Shown here: positions 1 through 9,682 of the stretch, piece by piece
How the letters are laid out: every line of letters begins with the position of its first letter
Position numbering within the stretch: the stretch's first letter is position 1
NCBI GenBank assembly: GCA_016186915.1
Contig: JACPKU010000006.1
Span: forward strand, 80,921-144,920
DNA length: 64,000 bases
DNA from: Candidatus Doudnabacteria bacterium
Lineage (GTDB): Bacteria > Patescibacteriota > Doudnabacteria > UBA920 > O2-02-FULL-48-8
Direction of reading: 5' to 3'
The notes under the pieces: model-generated
What the model was told of the DNA's origin: nothing
The model's input: only the letters and a program-made list of their open reading frames with translations
The model's database searches: none
Program-made: the position numbers and the translations under genes

Positions 1-416
1 ATGATATCAAGCCAAAAGCAGAGAGCGTTGGCAGTCCTAAATCTGGCAAAAAGAAGAAGTCCAAGCTCAGGGTGCCGCGAGGCAGAATTTACGTGCAATC
101 TTCCTATAACAACACGATTATTACCATAACTGATGCCAGTGGCAACGTGATTAGTTGGGGCAGCGCCGGACACACCGGATTTAAGGGATCTAAGAAATCT
201 ACGCCGTATGCCGCCCAGAAAACTATGGAAGATGCGTTGAGCAGGGTTAAAGATATCGGCCTGCAGGAAGTGGACATTTTTGTAAAGGGTATTGGTACGG
301 GCAGAGAATCTTCAGTCAGAGCCCTGCAAAATGCTGGCTTCCACATTTTAAGCATCAAAGACCAAACTCCGATTCCTCACGGTGGAGTCAGGCCGAAGAA
401 GGCGAGGAGAGTATAG
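1..416 (+). CDS. rpsK: 30S ribosomal protein S11 (N-terminus probably extends beyond window start)
   Basis: Frame open from nt 3 (DIKPKAESVGSPKSGKKKKSKLRVPRGRIYVQSSYNNTIITITDASGN...IPHGGVRPKKARRV); matches S11 signature (FNNTIVTITD, C-terminal PKKRRV-like tail); only alternative GTG start at 72 inside window. Confidence 0.9.
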   Translation, partial: DIKPKAESVGSPKSGKKKKSKLRVPRGRIYVQSSYNNTIITITDASGNVISWGSAGHTGFKGSKKSTPYAAQKTMEDALSRVKDIGLQEVDIFVKGIGTGRESSVRALQNAGFHILSIKDQTPIPHGGVRPKKARRV

Positions 417-517
417 GATGAAATTTCAAATCTCAAATAACAAATCCCAAATAAGTCCCAAATCACAAATTGCAAAACTGATTGTTATTTGGTGCTTGGA
501 GATTGGAGTTTAACCGT

Positions 518-1126
518 ATGGCTAGATACACTGGTCCAAAAATTAGACTGTCGCGAAAATTCGGCGAGCCTCTCACCCCGAAGGCCGTCAAATATTTGGC
601 GAAACGAAATTATCGGCCTGGGATGCACGGCCAGAACCGGGCGCGGATTTCTGAATACGGAATGCAGCTTCGCGAGAAGCAAAAAGCCAAAGCCATCTAT
701 GGTATTTTGGAAAAACAGTTTCAGCGCTATTACGAAAAAGCCAGCAAAAAAGTGGGGGTGACCGGCGATTCTTTACTGCAGCTTCTGGAAACACGTTTGG
801 ATAACGCGGTGTATAGATTGGGGTTTGCGCAGACTCGAGCTCAAGCTCGGCAGTTTGTTACGCACGGTTTTTTTGAACTCAACGGGCAGAAGGTCAATAT
901 TCCGTCGCACGAGGTCAGGGTCGGCGATGAGATTAAAGTCAGAGACAGCAAGAAAAACAAACCCCTAATCAAGGGCTTGCTGCCGGTTTTGGCCAAAGCC
1001 CAGCCGCCGGACTGGCTAAGTTTGGATCATAAGAACCTGACTGCGAAAGTTCTATCACTGCCTTCCCGGGAACAGATGGAAAGTACCATCAACACACAAT
1101 TGGTTGTGGAATATTATTCACGATAA
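518..1126 (+). CDS. rpsD: 30S ribosomal protein S4
   Basis: MARYTGPKIRLSRKFGEPL... classic S4 N-terminus; ATG at 518 in frame with track ORF 482..1126; S4-domain (VRVGDEIKV) at C-term. Confidence 0.92.
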   Translation: MARYTGPKIRLSRKFGEPLTPKAVKYLAKRNYRPGMHGQNRARISEYGMQLREKQKAKAIYGILEKQFQRYYEKASKKVGVTGDSLLQLLETRLDNAVYRLGFAQTRAQARQFVTHGFFELNGQKVNIPSHEVRVGDEIKVRDSKKNKPLIKGLLPVLAKAQPPDWLSLDHKNLTAKVLSLPSREQMESTINTQLVVEYYSR

Positions 1127-1145
1127 TTAACCAAGCACTAATTTT

Positions 1146-2090
1146 ATGGACAAAATACCAGTTCCAAGCAAAGTTCAGTTCACGGATTTGGATAAAAATA
1201 AATTTCAGATCGTGGTGGAGCCGCTTTATCCCGGCTACGGTGTAACTTTGGGCAACACTTTGCGCCGAATTCTGCTTTCGTCGCTGCGGGGCGCGGCGGT
1301 GACAGCGGTTAAGATAAAAGGCGTAGATCATGAATTTTCCACCATTCCAAACGTGAAAGAGGATGTGATTGAGATTATTTTGAATCTGAAACAGTTGTGC
1401 CTTAAGGTTCACACTGACGAACCTGTTAAACTGGAACTGAAAGCTAAGGGCGGAAAAGAGGTCAGGGCTTCTGATTTCAAAAAGAACGCCGGGGTGGAGA
1501 TTGTCAATCCGGATTTGCACCTTGCCACTCTGGACAACAAGTCGGCGGATTTGGAGATGGAAGTGACTGTGGCCACCGGACGCGGTTATGTCCCGGTGGA
1601 ACAGAGGGAAAATGAAAAATTGGACATTGGAACGATTGCCGTGGACGCGGTTTACACCCCGGTTAAAATGGTGAATTACGAGATCAAAAATGTTCGTGTG
1701 GGGCAAATCACCAACTTTGATGAGCTGGTAATGACTTTAGAAACCGACGGCACGATAACCGGCAAGGAAGCGCTGGACGAAGCGGCCCGGATTTTATTGG
1801 AACATTTTTCGCTATTCGCCAAAGAGAAGTTGGAAGAGAGCATTGAAGATACCGCAGAACTTGCACCTGCGGCAGTGGAAGCCGTAGCAGAAGCAGAAGA
1901 GGGAAACGAGCCAGTCGAGGGCGACGATCTGAAGAGTTTGGGGCTATCCAACAGATCTTTCAACGCATTGATAAAAAATAATATCAGCAAGATTTCTCAA
2001 CTGAAAAATCTTGACCACGAACAACTTGTCAATCTCGAAGGACTGGGCAGTAAATCAGTGGAAGAGATAGAGCGGGTGCTCAACCAATAA
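1146..2090 (+). CDS. rpoA: DNA-directed RNA polymerase alpha subunit
   Basis: 314 aa; LGNTLRRILLSSLRGAAVTAVKI... alpha NTD motif, acidic linker, C-terminal alpha-CTD (LSNRSFNALIKNNISKISQL); position between rpsD and rplQ as in conserved operon. Confidence 0.93.
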   Translation: MDKIPVPSKVQFTDLDKNKFQIVVEPLYPGYGVTLGNTLRRILLSSLRGAAVTAVKIKGVDHEFSTIPNVKEDVIEIILNLKQLCLKVHTDEPVKLELKAKGGKEVRASDFKKNAGVEIVNPDLHLATLDNKSADLEMEVTVATGRGYVPVEQRENEKLDIGTIAVDAVYTPVKMVNYEIKNVRVGQITNFDELVMTLETDGTITGKEALDEAARILLEHFSLFAKEKLEESIEDTAELAPAAVEAVAEAEEGNEPVEGDDLKSLGLSNRSFNALIKNNISKISQLKNLDHEQLVNLEGLGSKSVEEIERVLNQ

Positions 2091-2100
2091 TTAACTATTT

Positions 2101-2442
2101 ATGCGACATTTGAAGAAGAAAAAAATCGGCAAGGGCAAGGATCACAAAAGAAAGCTTCTTCGAAGTTTGGCTGCTTCCACTATTGTTTATGAAAAGATTC
2201 AGACAACGGAAGCGCGCGCCAAACACGCTCGCCAGCTTGTCGAAAAATTAATTACCAAGGGTAAAAAAGAGGATTTGCATAATAAGAGACAGATTTTTTC
2301 AGCGCTTCCCACCAATGCCGCCAAGAAAGTAATTGAAGTTTTGGGGACGCGATACAAGGAACGAAAAGGCGGCTACACAAGGATTGTCAGAATCGGAAAA
2401 TACAAAGACGGCATGCCCAAAGTCCAATTGGAACTGGTATAG
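2101..2442 (+). CDS. rplQ: 50S ribosomal protein L17
   Basis: MRHLKKKKIGKGKDHKRKLLRSLAASTIVYEKIQTTEARAK... L17 pattern; follows rpoA. Confidence 0.9.
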   Translation: MRHLKKKKIGKGKDHKRKLLRSLAASTIVYEKIQTTEARAKHARQLVEKLITKGKKEDLHNKRQIFSALPTNAAKKVIEVLGTRYKERKGGYTRIVRIGKYKDGMPKVQLELV

Positions 2443-2446
2443 ATTT

Positions 2447-2866
2447 ATGAAAACCTATCTCCCAAAAGTTAAAGAAATTAAAAGAAGCTGGTATGAAGCG
2501 GACGCCAGCAAGTTTACGCTGGGCCGGTTGGCTTCAAAAGTGGCCAGTATTTTACGCGGCAAGCACAAAGTGACTTTTACTCCGCATATGGACGTAGGCG
2601 ACTTTGTGGTTGTTAAAAACGCCGAAAAAATCATGGTCACCGGCAGGAAATTGGAGCAAAAGAAATACCATACTTTTTCCGGCTATCACGGCGGGATCAG
2701 GAGTAAAACTTTGAAAGAAAGACTGGAAAGAGAACCAGAAAAAGTAATTCGCGATACGGTTTATAATATGGTAGATGCCAACAGGCTGAGAAAAGCTATT
2801 TTGAGAAGGCTGAAAGTGGTCAAAGGCGATACTCACCAATTTCAGATTGACAAGGAGATAAGTTGA
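2447..2866 (+). CDS. rplM: 50S ribosomal protein L13
   Basis: MKTYLPKVKEIKRSWYEADASKFTLGRLASKVASILRGKHK... L13 pattern; ATG 2447 chosen inside track ORF 2333..2866 (upstream part overlaps rplQ). Confidence 0.9.
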   Translation: MKTYLPKVKEIKRSWYEADASKFTLGRLASKVASILRGKHKVTFTPHMDVGDFVVVKNAEKIMVTGRKLEQKKYHTFSGYHGGIRSKTLKERLEREPEKVIRDTVYNMVDANRLRKAILRRLKVVKGDTHQFQIDKEIS

Positions 2867-3369
2867 TGGAAAAACGTCAGACGACTGAAAAGAAAGCAGT
2901 CAAAAAGCCAGCCCGCCGGCCGGCCAGAAAGAAGGCCGAAAGCCCGGCCAAACCAAAAGCAGTAGAAACCAAGCCTGCTTCGGAGAAGCCAATGTATGCG
3001 GTAGGCAAACGCAAATCTGCGGTTGCTCAGATTTTATTGTCCTCGGGCAATGGCAAGATTTCGGTTAACGAGCTGCCTTTTGAAAATTATTTCGAAACCC
3101 CAGATTTAAGGCATGTGGCGACCCAGCCTTTGGTGGCGATTGGGGTGGAAAAGAACGTAGACATCAGAGGCAAGGTTCACGGCGGGGGAATTCATGCACA
3201 GGCAGAGAGCTTGCGCCACGCCATTGCCAGGGCTTTGATCATCAGAGATCCAGAGTCTAGGCGCACCTTGAAAAAACTTGGATTCCTAACTCGGGACCCA
3301 AGAGTTAAAGAGCGAAAGAAACCAGGGTTAAAGAGAGCCCGACGCGCGCCACAGTTTAGTAAGAGGTAA
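2866..3369 (+). CDS. rpsI: 30S ribosomal protein S9 with basic N-terminal extension
   Basis: YAVGKRKSAVAQI...GGGIHAQAESLRHAIARALI...PRVKERKKPGLKRARRAPQFSKR; S9 C-terminal signature; tgATG overlap with rplM stop. Confidence 0.9.
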   Translation: MEKRQTTEKKAVKKPARRPARKKAESPAKPKAVETKPASEKPMYAVGKRKSAVAQILLSSGNGKISVNELPFENYFETPDLRHVATQPLVAIGVEKNVDIRGKVHGGGIHAQAESLRHAIARALIIRDPESRRTLKKLGFLTRDPRVKERKKPGLKRARRAPQFSKR

Positions 3370-3557
3370 CATATATTTGAGTTCGGCACTGTCTGCAAAC
3401 TATCGGCTGTCGTCCCGTGGAACGCGGACGCAGCCTACTTTCTCGGCCGGATAAACCGGCCTGCGAAGGTTAGTTTGCAGCCAGTCCCTCACTTTATTTG
3501 CTGGCTCGTCTGGGAGGAAAGAAAAGGAAGGAGCTCTTTGGCTCTTTTTTGTTTTAG

Positions 3558-3594
3558 TAAAAAAGAACCGTCTTAGCGCTAGCTTAGACGGTTC
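3558..3594 (-). terminator. rho-independent terminator for the minus-strand GtrA operon
   Basis: Hairpin gaaccgtcttagc/gcttagacggttc (3565..3594) preceded on plus strand by A-run, i.e. followed by a T-run on minus strand. Confidence 0.5.
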
Positions 3595-3788
3595 GTAGTG
3601 AAGTGAAGGACGAGACGCGTAGCGGCAAAACCGATCAGGCCGCCGATCAAGGTCCAGGCGACCTGTCCCGTTTCAGCCTGCTCATTGATCAATGCCGCTT
3701 GGTAACCAGCGAGCGCGGTTAGAAGAACAACGGCCACGCACATGCCTCTGACAATGCGTCTGGCGATCACGTCTTCCTTTGATGTCAT
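3579..3788 (-). CDS. small hypothetical membrane protein
   Basis: 69 aa with two hydrophobic segments; immediately downstream of GtrA-like gene on the same strand; GC-rich. Confidence 0.4.
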   Translation of the reverse strand: MTSKEDVIARRIVRGMCVAVVLLTALAGYQAALINEQAETGQVAWTLIGGLIGFAATRLVLHFTTNRLS

Positions 3789-3804
3789 AGGGATCCTCCT
3801 CGCT

Positions 3805-4194
3805 TCAATCCCGGAAAATCCGTTCCGAAATCAGGTAACTGGCGGTGGTTAGGATGGCAGTCACGATTAGCTGAGCCGCCATATACCAGAGATTGACGAG
3901 CTCGACCAGTAACCACAGTAGCGCCAGATTGGCGCCAAAGAGTGTGCCTTTGAGAACGGCGAAGGCGTTGACCTGCCGATGAACGTGCGTCATCGCGTGG
4001 TTCTGGAATGCCCAGAATTTTAGCGTAAAGAAGTTGCAGGTCTGATTGGCGAGCGCCGCAATCGTGGCCGAAGCCAAGTACCAGAATCCTGCGTGTTCCG
4101 TCAGTACGTAAAGCAGAACGTAGTAAAGGAGGACACCCAGCCCTCCCGCCAGCATGAACCGCAGGATCTGCTTCCATGGGAGCGAAAAGAGCAT
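3805..4194 (-). CDS. GtrA-family polysaccharide-synthesis membrane protein
   Basis: 129 aa, 4 predicted TM helices, typical GtrA-like length and hydrophobicity pattern (…FWAFQNHAMTHVHRQVNAFAVLKG…); antisense ORF 3785..4177 rejected. Confidence 0.65.
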   Translation of the reverse strand: MLFSLPWKQILRFMLAGGLGVLLYYVLLYVLTEHAGFWYLASATIAALANQTCNFFTLKFWAFQNHAMTHVHRQVNAFAVLKGTLFGANLALLWLLVELVNLWYMAAQLIVTAILTTASYLISERIFRD

Positions 4195-4339
4195 TAGTTT
4201 TCCTCCTTGAACTCGTTAGGCAATGATATCATTTACTTTTGGTCCTGGCAAAAAGTTGTAACAACCTTGATCTGCGGATTTGACATTATTTAAATCGAGA
4301 GTTAGGTTTAAATCAGAAATTAATTTGAAAGGAAACAAA

Positions 4340-5458
4340 ATGCCATTAAACAAAGCAATAATAGCTCGAATTTGCGTTTTAGCTCTAATTTTTGGGATAG
4401 TCTCTGCTGCTCAACCAGCGCAGGCGGCGCACATTGCCTGCGGAGAGATCCTCACCAGCTCTACCAAATTGGATGCGGACTTGGTTTGTCTTTTTGGCAG
4501 CGGGCTAATTATTGGGGCGAACGGCGTCAGCGTTAATCTTAATGGTTATACAATTACTGGCGATCCGTCGGTTGGAGGCAGTTACGGGATAGATAACACT
4601 GGCGGATTTGACAACGTTACCGTCAAAAACGGCAAGATTGTAGGCTTTGAACAAGGAATCAGAATGATTGGTGCTGAAAAAGTAAACATTAAAGATCTGG
4701 AATTCTCCGGACAGACATCCAGTCATGCTATCGATATTAAGCTCAGTGAGGACGTGGCAGTGAAAAATTCATCCTTTGTCCTGCCGACTGTTTTTCTAGG
4801 ACCCGAGGCAGTGCGTTTGCAAAGCGTGGATAATGTAAACATTAAAGACCTGGATATTGACGGCGGTTTTATTGGGATTAATTTTGCCTGCTTTCCTTGT
4901 GATGGCACTCCAGAAGCGCCAACCACTGGGACGGTAAAAAACAATTTGATCAAAGGCGCGTTTACCGGAGTCCTGATTGCCAACAGCGATGATGCGTATG
5001 TTAAAAATAACACTATCCGAGATGGAGTCTCTGTAGTTTGCGGTTTTTGTGGTCCATTGACCATCCCAGCCAGAGGAATACACGTGGCGTTCCTTTCCAA
5101 CAGCGGTACAAAGATTTCGGGCAACGAAGTGTTTGACAATGACGGGATCGGCATCAGAGCCTCGGGTGACGGGACGACCACTGGTTTGGAAGTTTCTAAA
5201 AACGAGGTTCATGACAACGCTTCCGACGGCATCCAATTGCACGACGCGCAGGTTTCCAAGATTGCCAAAAACGAGGTCAAGGATAATGGGGGAGACGGGA
5301 TTAGTTTGCTGGATGGTTCCGCTGGGAACAGTGTTGAAAAAAACGTGGTCAGCGGTAGTGGGGGGTCGGACTTGCTTCATGATCTCACAAGCTCTCCCAA
5401 TACTTGGAAGAAAAATACTTGTGGCACTTCATCCGGTGCCGATATTCCGCCGTGTTAG
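4340..5458 (+). CDS. secreted right-handed parallel beta-helix repeat protein (NosD/pectate-lyase-like fold)
   Basis: Signal peptide MPLNKAIIARICVLALIFGIVSAAQPAQAA; iterated ~22-aa units (GNEVFDNDGIGIRASG / SKNEVHDNASDGIQLHD / AKNEVKDNGGDGISLLDG) typical of PbH1 repeats; ATG 4340 with aggaaa RBS chosen over track start 4280. Confidence 0.6.
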   Translation: MPLNKAIIARICVLALIFGIVSAAQPAQAAHIACGEILTSSTKLDADLVCLFGSGLIIGANGVSVNLNGYTITGDPSVGGSYGIDNTGGFDNVTVKNGKIVGFEQGIRMIGAEKVNIKDLEFSGQTSSHAIDIKLSEDVAVKNSSFVLPTVFLGPEAVRLQSVDNVNIKDLDIDGGFIGINFACFPCDGTPEAPTTGTVKNNLIKGAFTGVLIANSDDAYVKNNTIRDGVSVVCGFCGPLTIPARGIHVAFLSNSGTKISGNEVFDNDGIGIRASGDGTTTGLEVSKNEVHDNASDGIQLHDAQVSKIAKNEVKDNGGDGISLLDGSAGNSVEKNVVSGSGGSDLLHDLTSSPNTWKKNTCGTSSGADIPPC

Positions 5459-5491
5459 TCTGGAGACCTAGAGATAATGTAGTTTAAATTA

Positions 5492-5523
5492 AAAAAAGCC
5501 CCGCACCTCGCGGGGTTTTTTTT
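5492..5523 (+). terminator. rho-independent terminator
   Basis: aaaaaaagCCCCGCacctcGCGGGGtttttttt: GC stem + T-run, also A-run upstream (bidirectional). Confidence 0.8.
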
Positions 5524-5708
5524 AGCAAGTAAAATATATCACGTAAATATATCACGTTGTGTCCGGTCAGCATATTTGTGATTTTGGACAGAATAACAGC
5601 ACGGGAGTAAGTTGACCAAAAAAAGCGATCGCTTTTTTTGGTCAACGAGGGGTTTCGACACTGTTGCGAACGCTGTTTGTGCGACGGCTGTTTGCGCGAC
5701 GCTGTCTG

Positions 5709-5737
5709 TTGATTTTGTGGTTTGGTTGTGGTATAAT
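5709..5737 (+). promoter_or_regulatory. sigma70-type promoter upstream of subtilase gene
   Basis: ttgatt -35, 17-nt spacer, extended -10 tgGTATAAT (5732..5737). Confidence 0.45.
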
Positions 5738-5931
5738 GTATATATAAATTTCGCGAGGAAGAAATAAACAAGAGTTTGACTCGATTGACCCTTTGACCCG
5801 CCTGCCAGACCGGCAGGCTAGCTCAGAGATCAATTGTTGTCTGAGCGGAGTCGAAGACTAAAATAGTATTTTTTTGACAATTTGATTAGGATTTCATAAA
5901 CTACAACCCCATTTAAAATAGGCTTATCCAC

Positions 5932-7935
5932 ATGTTTAAACAACTGCAATTTATCCTAATTTTTACAATGGTTTTGTCAGTGGCAGCTCCAGCGGCTGCA
6001 GCGCCTTTAGATATTTTTGGCAATAATGGAACAGAAATATTGGTTAAACTGAAAGATTCCACTGAAAGCAGTTTAGAGTCTGTTTTGGCTCGACACCAAG
6101 TGGCCGGTTTACGCAGTCATTTGCGCGGAATCAGGGCCTTGAGTTTTTCGTCTTCGGTTAATTTAAGCGCCAAACTAGCGGCGCTTAACGCCGATCCAGA
6201 CGTAGAGTTTGCCGAACCGAATTACACGGCTCATGCTTATTCCCTGCCTAATGATCAGTATTTTAATTATCAATGGAACATGGGTACAGCCGGCCTGAAT
6301 ATGCCTGAAGTTTGGAATCAGGCCACAGGCTTGGGCGCGGTGGTGGCAGTGATTGACACCGGGGTGGCCTATGAAAACTACCGCAGTTTTATCAAAGCTT
6401 CAGATTTCGAAAATACCAGATTTGTTCCCGGATATAATTTTGTCCGAAACTTCAGTCATGCCAATGACGATAATGGCCACGGCACGCATGTAGCAGGGAC
6501 AATTGCCCAAAGTACTAACAACGGCACAGGAGTGGCCGGAATGGCTTATAACGCCCAAATTATGCCTCTCAAGGCCCTAGATTCAGCAGGTTCCGGCAAA
6601 TATTCCGATATAGCCGATGCTATAGTTTGGGCCGCTGACCGCGGAGCAAATATCATCAACCTCAGTCTTGGCGGGCCTTATCCATCAGAAACAATGCGTC
6701 AGGCTTTGGAATATGCGAAATCAAAAGGGGTTTTGATTGTGGCGGCCACAGGAAATGACGGGGCCAAATCTGTGGGCTACCCAGCGGCTTATGATGATTA
6801 TGTTTTGGCAGTGGGCGCAACCAGATACGACAAGACAGTTACAGCTTACAGCAACCAAGGCCAAGCCTTGGACGTAGTAGCCCCCGGCGGGGATACGAAG
6901 GTGGATCAGGATGGCAATGGCTATGGGGACGGGATTTTACAGCAGACGTTTACCTCGGGTCCCAAAAATATGGGATATTTCTTTTTCCAAGGCACGTCCA
7001 TGGCCACCCCGCACGTGGCAGGATTAGCAGCCCTACTAGTTGAAAAGGGGATTACTAATCCAGATGAATTGCAAAACATAATCCAGGCTTCAGCTGACAA
7101 TTTATATACTTCAGGCTGGGATTCTGCTTCTGGTTGGGGACTTATTAATCCGCTCAAGGCGTTGGAGTTAGCAGTGGAAAACCAAGCAGAAACCATTCCG
7201 GACCCTGATCCGGAATCTGATTCTGGGGAAGATCCTGCATCAAGTGCGGGATGGGAAGAGGAACCTCAAGTGTCAGAACCTGAGCAACAGCCTGAACCTA
7301 ACAAAAAACCTGTTGCTAAATTTAATAGTCAATCAGAGGGGTTGATAGGCGAAGCCATAAATTTTGACGCCTCTGCTTCCACAGACGAGGACGGCAGTAT
7401 TACCAATTTTGCCTGGGATTTTGGGGACGGCTCATCTGCCAGCGGTGCGAAAATAAGCCATAGTTATTCAAAATCCGGCACATATCTCGCAACTCTTACA
7501 GTTACTGACAATGCCCAGGATTCAGCCAGTTTTTCCGCGAATATCAAAATTCTAGAGCCAGAGCAGAAGAAATTTATGCATGTGTCAAGTATTGATCTGG
7601 CTGCCCGGGGCAGTTTTCTTAGAATCAGCGCCAGCGCTACTGTCAAAATCACTGATTCACAAGGAAAACCAGTAAGAAATGCCACGGTTTCAGGGCAATG
7701 GGATGGCTTATCCAGCGGCTCCCAAACTCTCAACACCAACTCCAGAGGCGAAGCAACTTTTTCTTCAGACCGGATTTGGCGCCAATCAGGAGAATTTATA
7801 TTTTCTGTCAAATCAGTGAGCCACGAAGAGTATGAATATAATCCACAAAACAACGAAAAGTCGCGGGAATCAGTGCAGATCGGCAGTTCCAGATCATTCT
7901 CGCTCAGCGACAAAGTTCGCGGACTTATGAACTAA
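5932..7935 (+). CDS. secreted subtilisin-like serine protease (peptidase S8) with N-terminal propeptide and C-terminal PKD domain
   Basis: Signal peptide; catalytic triad motifs VAVIDTGV (Asp), HGTHVAGTIA (His), GTSMATPHVAG (Ser); PKD-like segment AKFNSQSEGLIGEAINFDASASTDEDGSITNFAWDFGDGS...TYLATLTVTDN. Confidence 0.9.
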   Translation: MFKQLQFILIFTMVLSVAAPAAAAPLDIFGNNGTEILVKLKDSTESSLESVLARHQVAGLRSHLRGIRALSFSSSVNLSAKLAALNADPDVEFAEPNYTAHAYSLPNDQYFNYQWNMGTAGLNMPEVWNQATGLGAVVAVIDTGVAYENYRSFIKASDFENTRFVPGYNFVRNFSHANDDNGHGTHVAGTIAQSTNNGTGVAGMAYNAQIMPLKALDSAGSGKYSDIADAIVWAADRGANIINLSLGGPYPSETMRQALEYAKSKGVLIVAATGNDGAKSVGYPAAYDDYVLAVGATRYDKTVTAYSNQGQALDVVAPGGDTKVDQDGNGYGDGILQQTFTSGPKNMGYFFFQGTSMATPHVAGLAALLVEKGITNPDELQNIIQASADNLYTSGWDSASGWGLINPLKALELAVENQAETIPDPDPESDSGEDPASSAGWEEEPQVSEPEQQPEPNKKPVAKFNSQSEGLIGEAINFDASASTDEDGSITNFAWDFGDGSSASGAKISHSYSKSGTYLATLTVTDNAQDSASFSANIKILEPEQKKFMHVSSIDLAARGSFLRISASATVKITDSQGKPVRNATVSGQWDGLSSGSQTLNTNSRGEATFSSDRIWRQSGEFIFSVKSVSHEEYEYNPQNNEKSRESVQIGSSRSFSLSDKVRGLMN

Positions 7936-8120
7936 ACTTCAACAGTTTATCCACAAATTATTAACTTCTCAAATCAAATTCTTAGAAAAACAAAAGAAAA
8001 CAAAGACTTTACAAGAAAATTAATTCAGGATATGGTTTTTTAGCGAACCGATATTTGTTTCAGCTGGCTTGTGGAAATCTAAACTAACCTTTAAGATAAA
8101 CTTCAAAGAAACACCATAAT

Positions 8121-8510
8121 ATGGCTGAAGAAAAGATGACAAATTGCCCGAAATGCGGGAAACCCATACTCAACGGCGGTTTGTTTACTTCTCCGGCCAA
8201 GTTCAACATCAAGTGCCCCTGGTGCCAAGCCACGCTGCAGATCAATATTCAGCCCAGAATCGTTACCGAAGTGATAAAGCTAGGCAATGGTGAAACCCCA
8301 AAAAATGGCGATCCGGTCAGACATGTGGTAAGATCAGAAAAGGCAGAATCAGGAGAAGATGTTGACGATATTTTTACAGGGTTATATTCTATGCAAGAAC
8401 CTATGCAGAAGAAAGAAGAACATCTTAAACCAGGAATACCCTACAAACTGAACGGAAAAGGAATTAAGTTTGTTGGGTACTTGTACCCAGACGATAGGGA
8501 ATCAGGGTAG
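8121..8510 (+). CDS. zinc-ribbon domain protein (hypothetical)
   Basis: CPKCGKP...CPWCQAT four-Cys ribbon at N-terminus; followed by hairpin terminator. Confidence 0.45.
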   Translation: MAEEKMTNCPKCGKPILNGGLFTSPAKFNIKCPWCQATLQINIQPRIVTEVIKLGNGETPKNGDPVRHVVRSEKAESGEDVDDIFTGLYSMQEPMQKKEEHLKPGIPYKLNGKGIKFVGYLYPDDRESG

Positions 8511-8598
8511 TTAATATTTTTAAAAATTGTATTTTCCCCTCGACAAGCTCGGGGTGAATATACACATACGAAGCGGACTACGTGTGCCGCGGGACTAC

Positions 8599-8660
8599 GA
8601 GAGCCCACCTTTGCTAGAAGAACTTTTCAGTTTTTCTATGAAGGTGGGCTCTCGTTTTTT
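8599..8660 (+). terminator. putative terminator hairpin with long loop
   Basis: gagagcccacctt ... aaggtgggctctc 13-bp stem followed by gtttttt. Confidence 0.45.
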
Positions 8661-8890
8661 ACAGGAATTACGTCTGAGCATCTGCCACATTCGTGGTCTG
8701 TCTAATACGAATCGCTGGCTGTTCTTTTCTCGTTCGTGGATTGATACGAATGATGCGAATGACCTAATTTTTGGGCAAGCGATAAAAACGGATCCGGTAG
8801 TGAAATTTAATATGAAATTTACAGCCGCAGGCTGATTAAATTTCTACTACCGGGAAAGGTCGGTCCTAATTAAGAACTAGGAGAAAATAT

Positions 8891-9496
8891 ATGAAAAGGT
8901 TTATTGCAGGCGCAGGAATAGTTGCTCTGGCTCTAGTATCCACAGGGGCTATGGGGGCGACGATCAGTGGCGTTTCAGATTCTTCCACAGCAACTTCCAT
9001 TGCCAGTTGGCTGATCTCGGTGATGATGACCAATAACAACAATGCCGTGATTACCAATAACGTTACTTCCACAGCCAATTCCGGCGGCAACACGTTTGTT
9101 TCCGCGGACGACCAGGAAGGCACGGAGCTCGTTACTGGCGATGCCAATGCCGTAACTTTGGTGGAAAACGCCGCAAACAACAACTTTGTGGAAGAAAACT
9201 ATGAATCAGTCGATGGCGCGGATAACACCATTGAGGACATTACTGACAGTTCCACTGCCACTGCCGCCAGTTCAGATACCCTGGAAAATGAGATTTTGAA
9301 TAACAACGATGTAGAAGTGGAAAACAATGTTGACGCAATGGCTGACACCGGCAGCAACTCGGTAACTTCAGGCGACAGCCTCAAAGGTACCAGAGCTACT
9401 ACTGGAATCGCGGGAGCGGCTACTGGCGTGTCCAACTTATTCAACGTGAATATCAAAGAGATTCAAAGAACAATTTCATCTCGCGTAAGACCGTAA
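8891..9496 (+). CDS. secreted Asn-rich repeat protein, paralog 1
   Basis: Signal peptide MKRFIAGAGIVALALVSTGAMGA; NNNxVxTNNVTSTANSGGNT and DSSTATAASSDTLENEILNNNDVEVENNVD modules; conserved C-terminal tail NVNIKEIQRTISSRVRP; paralog of 9683..10303. Confidence 0.7.
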   Translation: MKRFIAGAGIVALALVSTGAMGATISGVSDSSTATSIASWLISVMMTNNNNAVITNNVTSTANSGGNTFVSADDQEGTELVTGDANAVTLVENAANNNFVEENYESVDGADNTIEDITDSSTATAASSDTLENEILNNNDVEVENNVDAMADTGSNSVTSGDSLKGTRATTGIAGAATGVSNLFNVNIKEIQRTISSRVRP

Positions 9497-9682
9497 TAAG
9501 ATTTTCCTCGCAATGCTGAACTCGGTTCAGCATCTCTATAAAAAGATCCTGAACTTAATTCAGGATTGCGGGAGGAAATAACTCTGAAAGGTCTTTTGAA
9601 CAACAACTAATTAAATCCGCCTTTGTCAGGGAATCCATGGGTTCCACTTGCACAGCCGGTTTCGTGAGGGGGTGAAAGTAAA

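Noticed and set aside
1089-1706. 205-aa minus-strand ORF overlapping rpsD/rpoA (also 104..358, 2552..2839, 3785..4177, 4796..5380)
   Set aside because: Antisense to conserved ribosomal or otherwise well-supported genes.
3400-3480. Long-range stem (ctgcaaact...agtttgcag) with internal ggccgg hairpin after rpsI
   Set aside because: Too short and motif-free to assign to a known RNA family (not SRP, tmRNA, 6S). Probably part of the GC-rich islet boundary or a terminator.
8527-8835. 102-aa ORF after the zinc-ribbon gene
   Set aside because: It starts before and spans the terminator hairpin of the upstream gene, has no RBS, and the region contains short inverted repeats (cattcgt/acgaatg). More likely non-coding.
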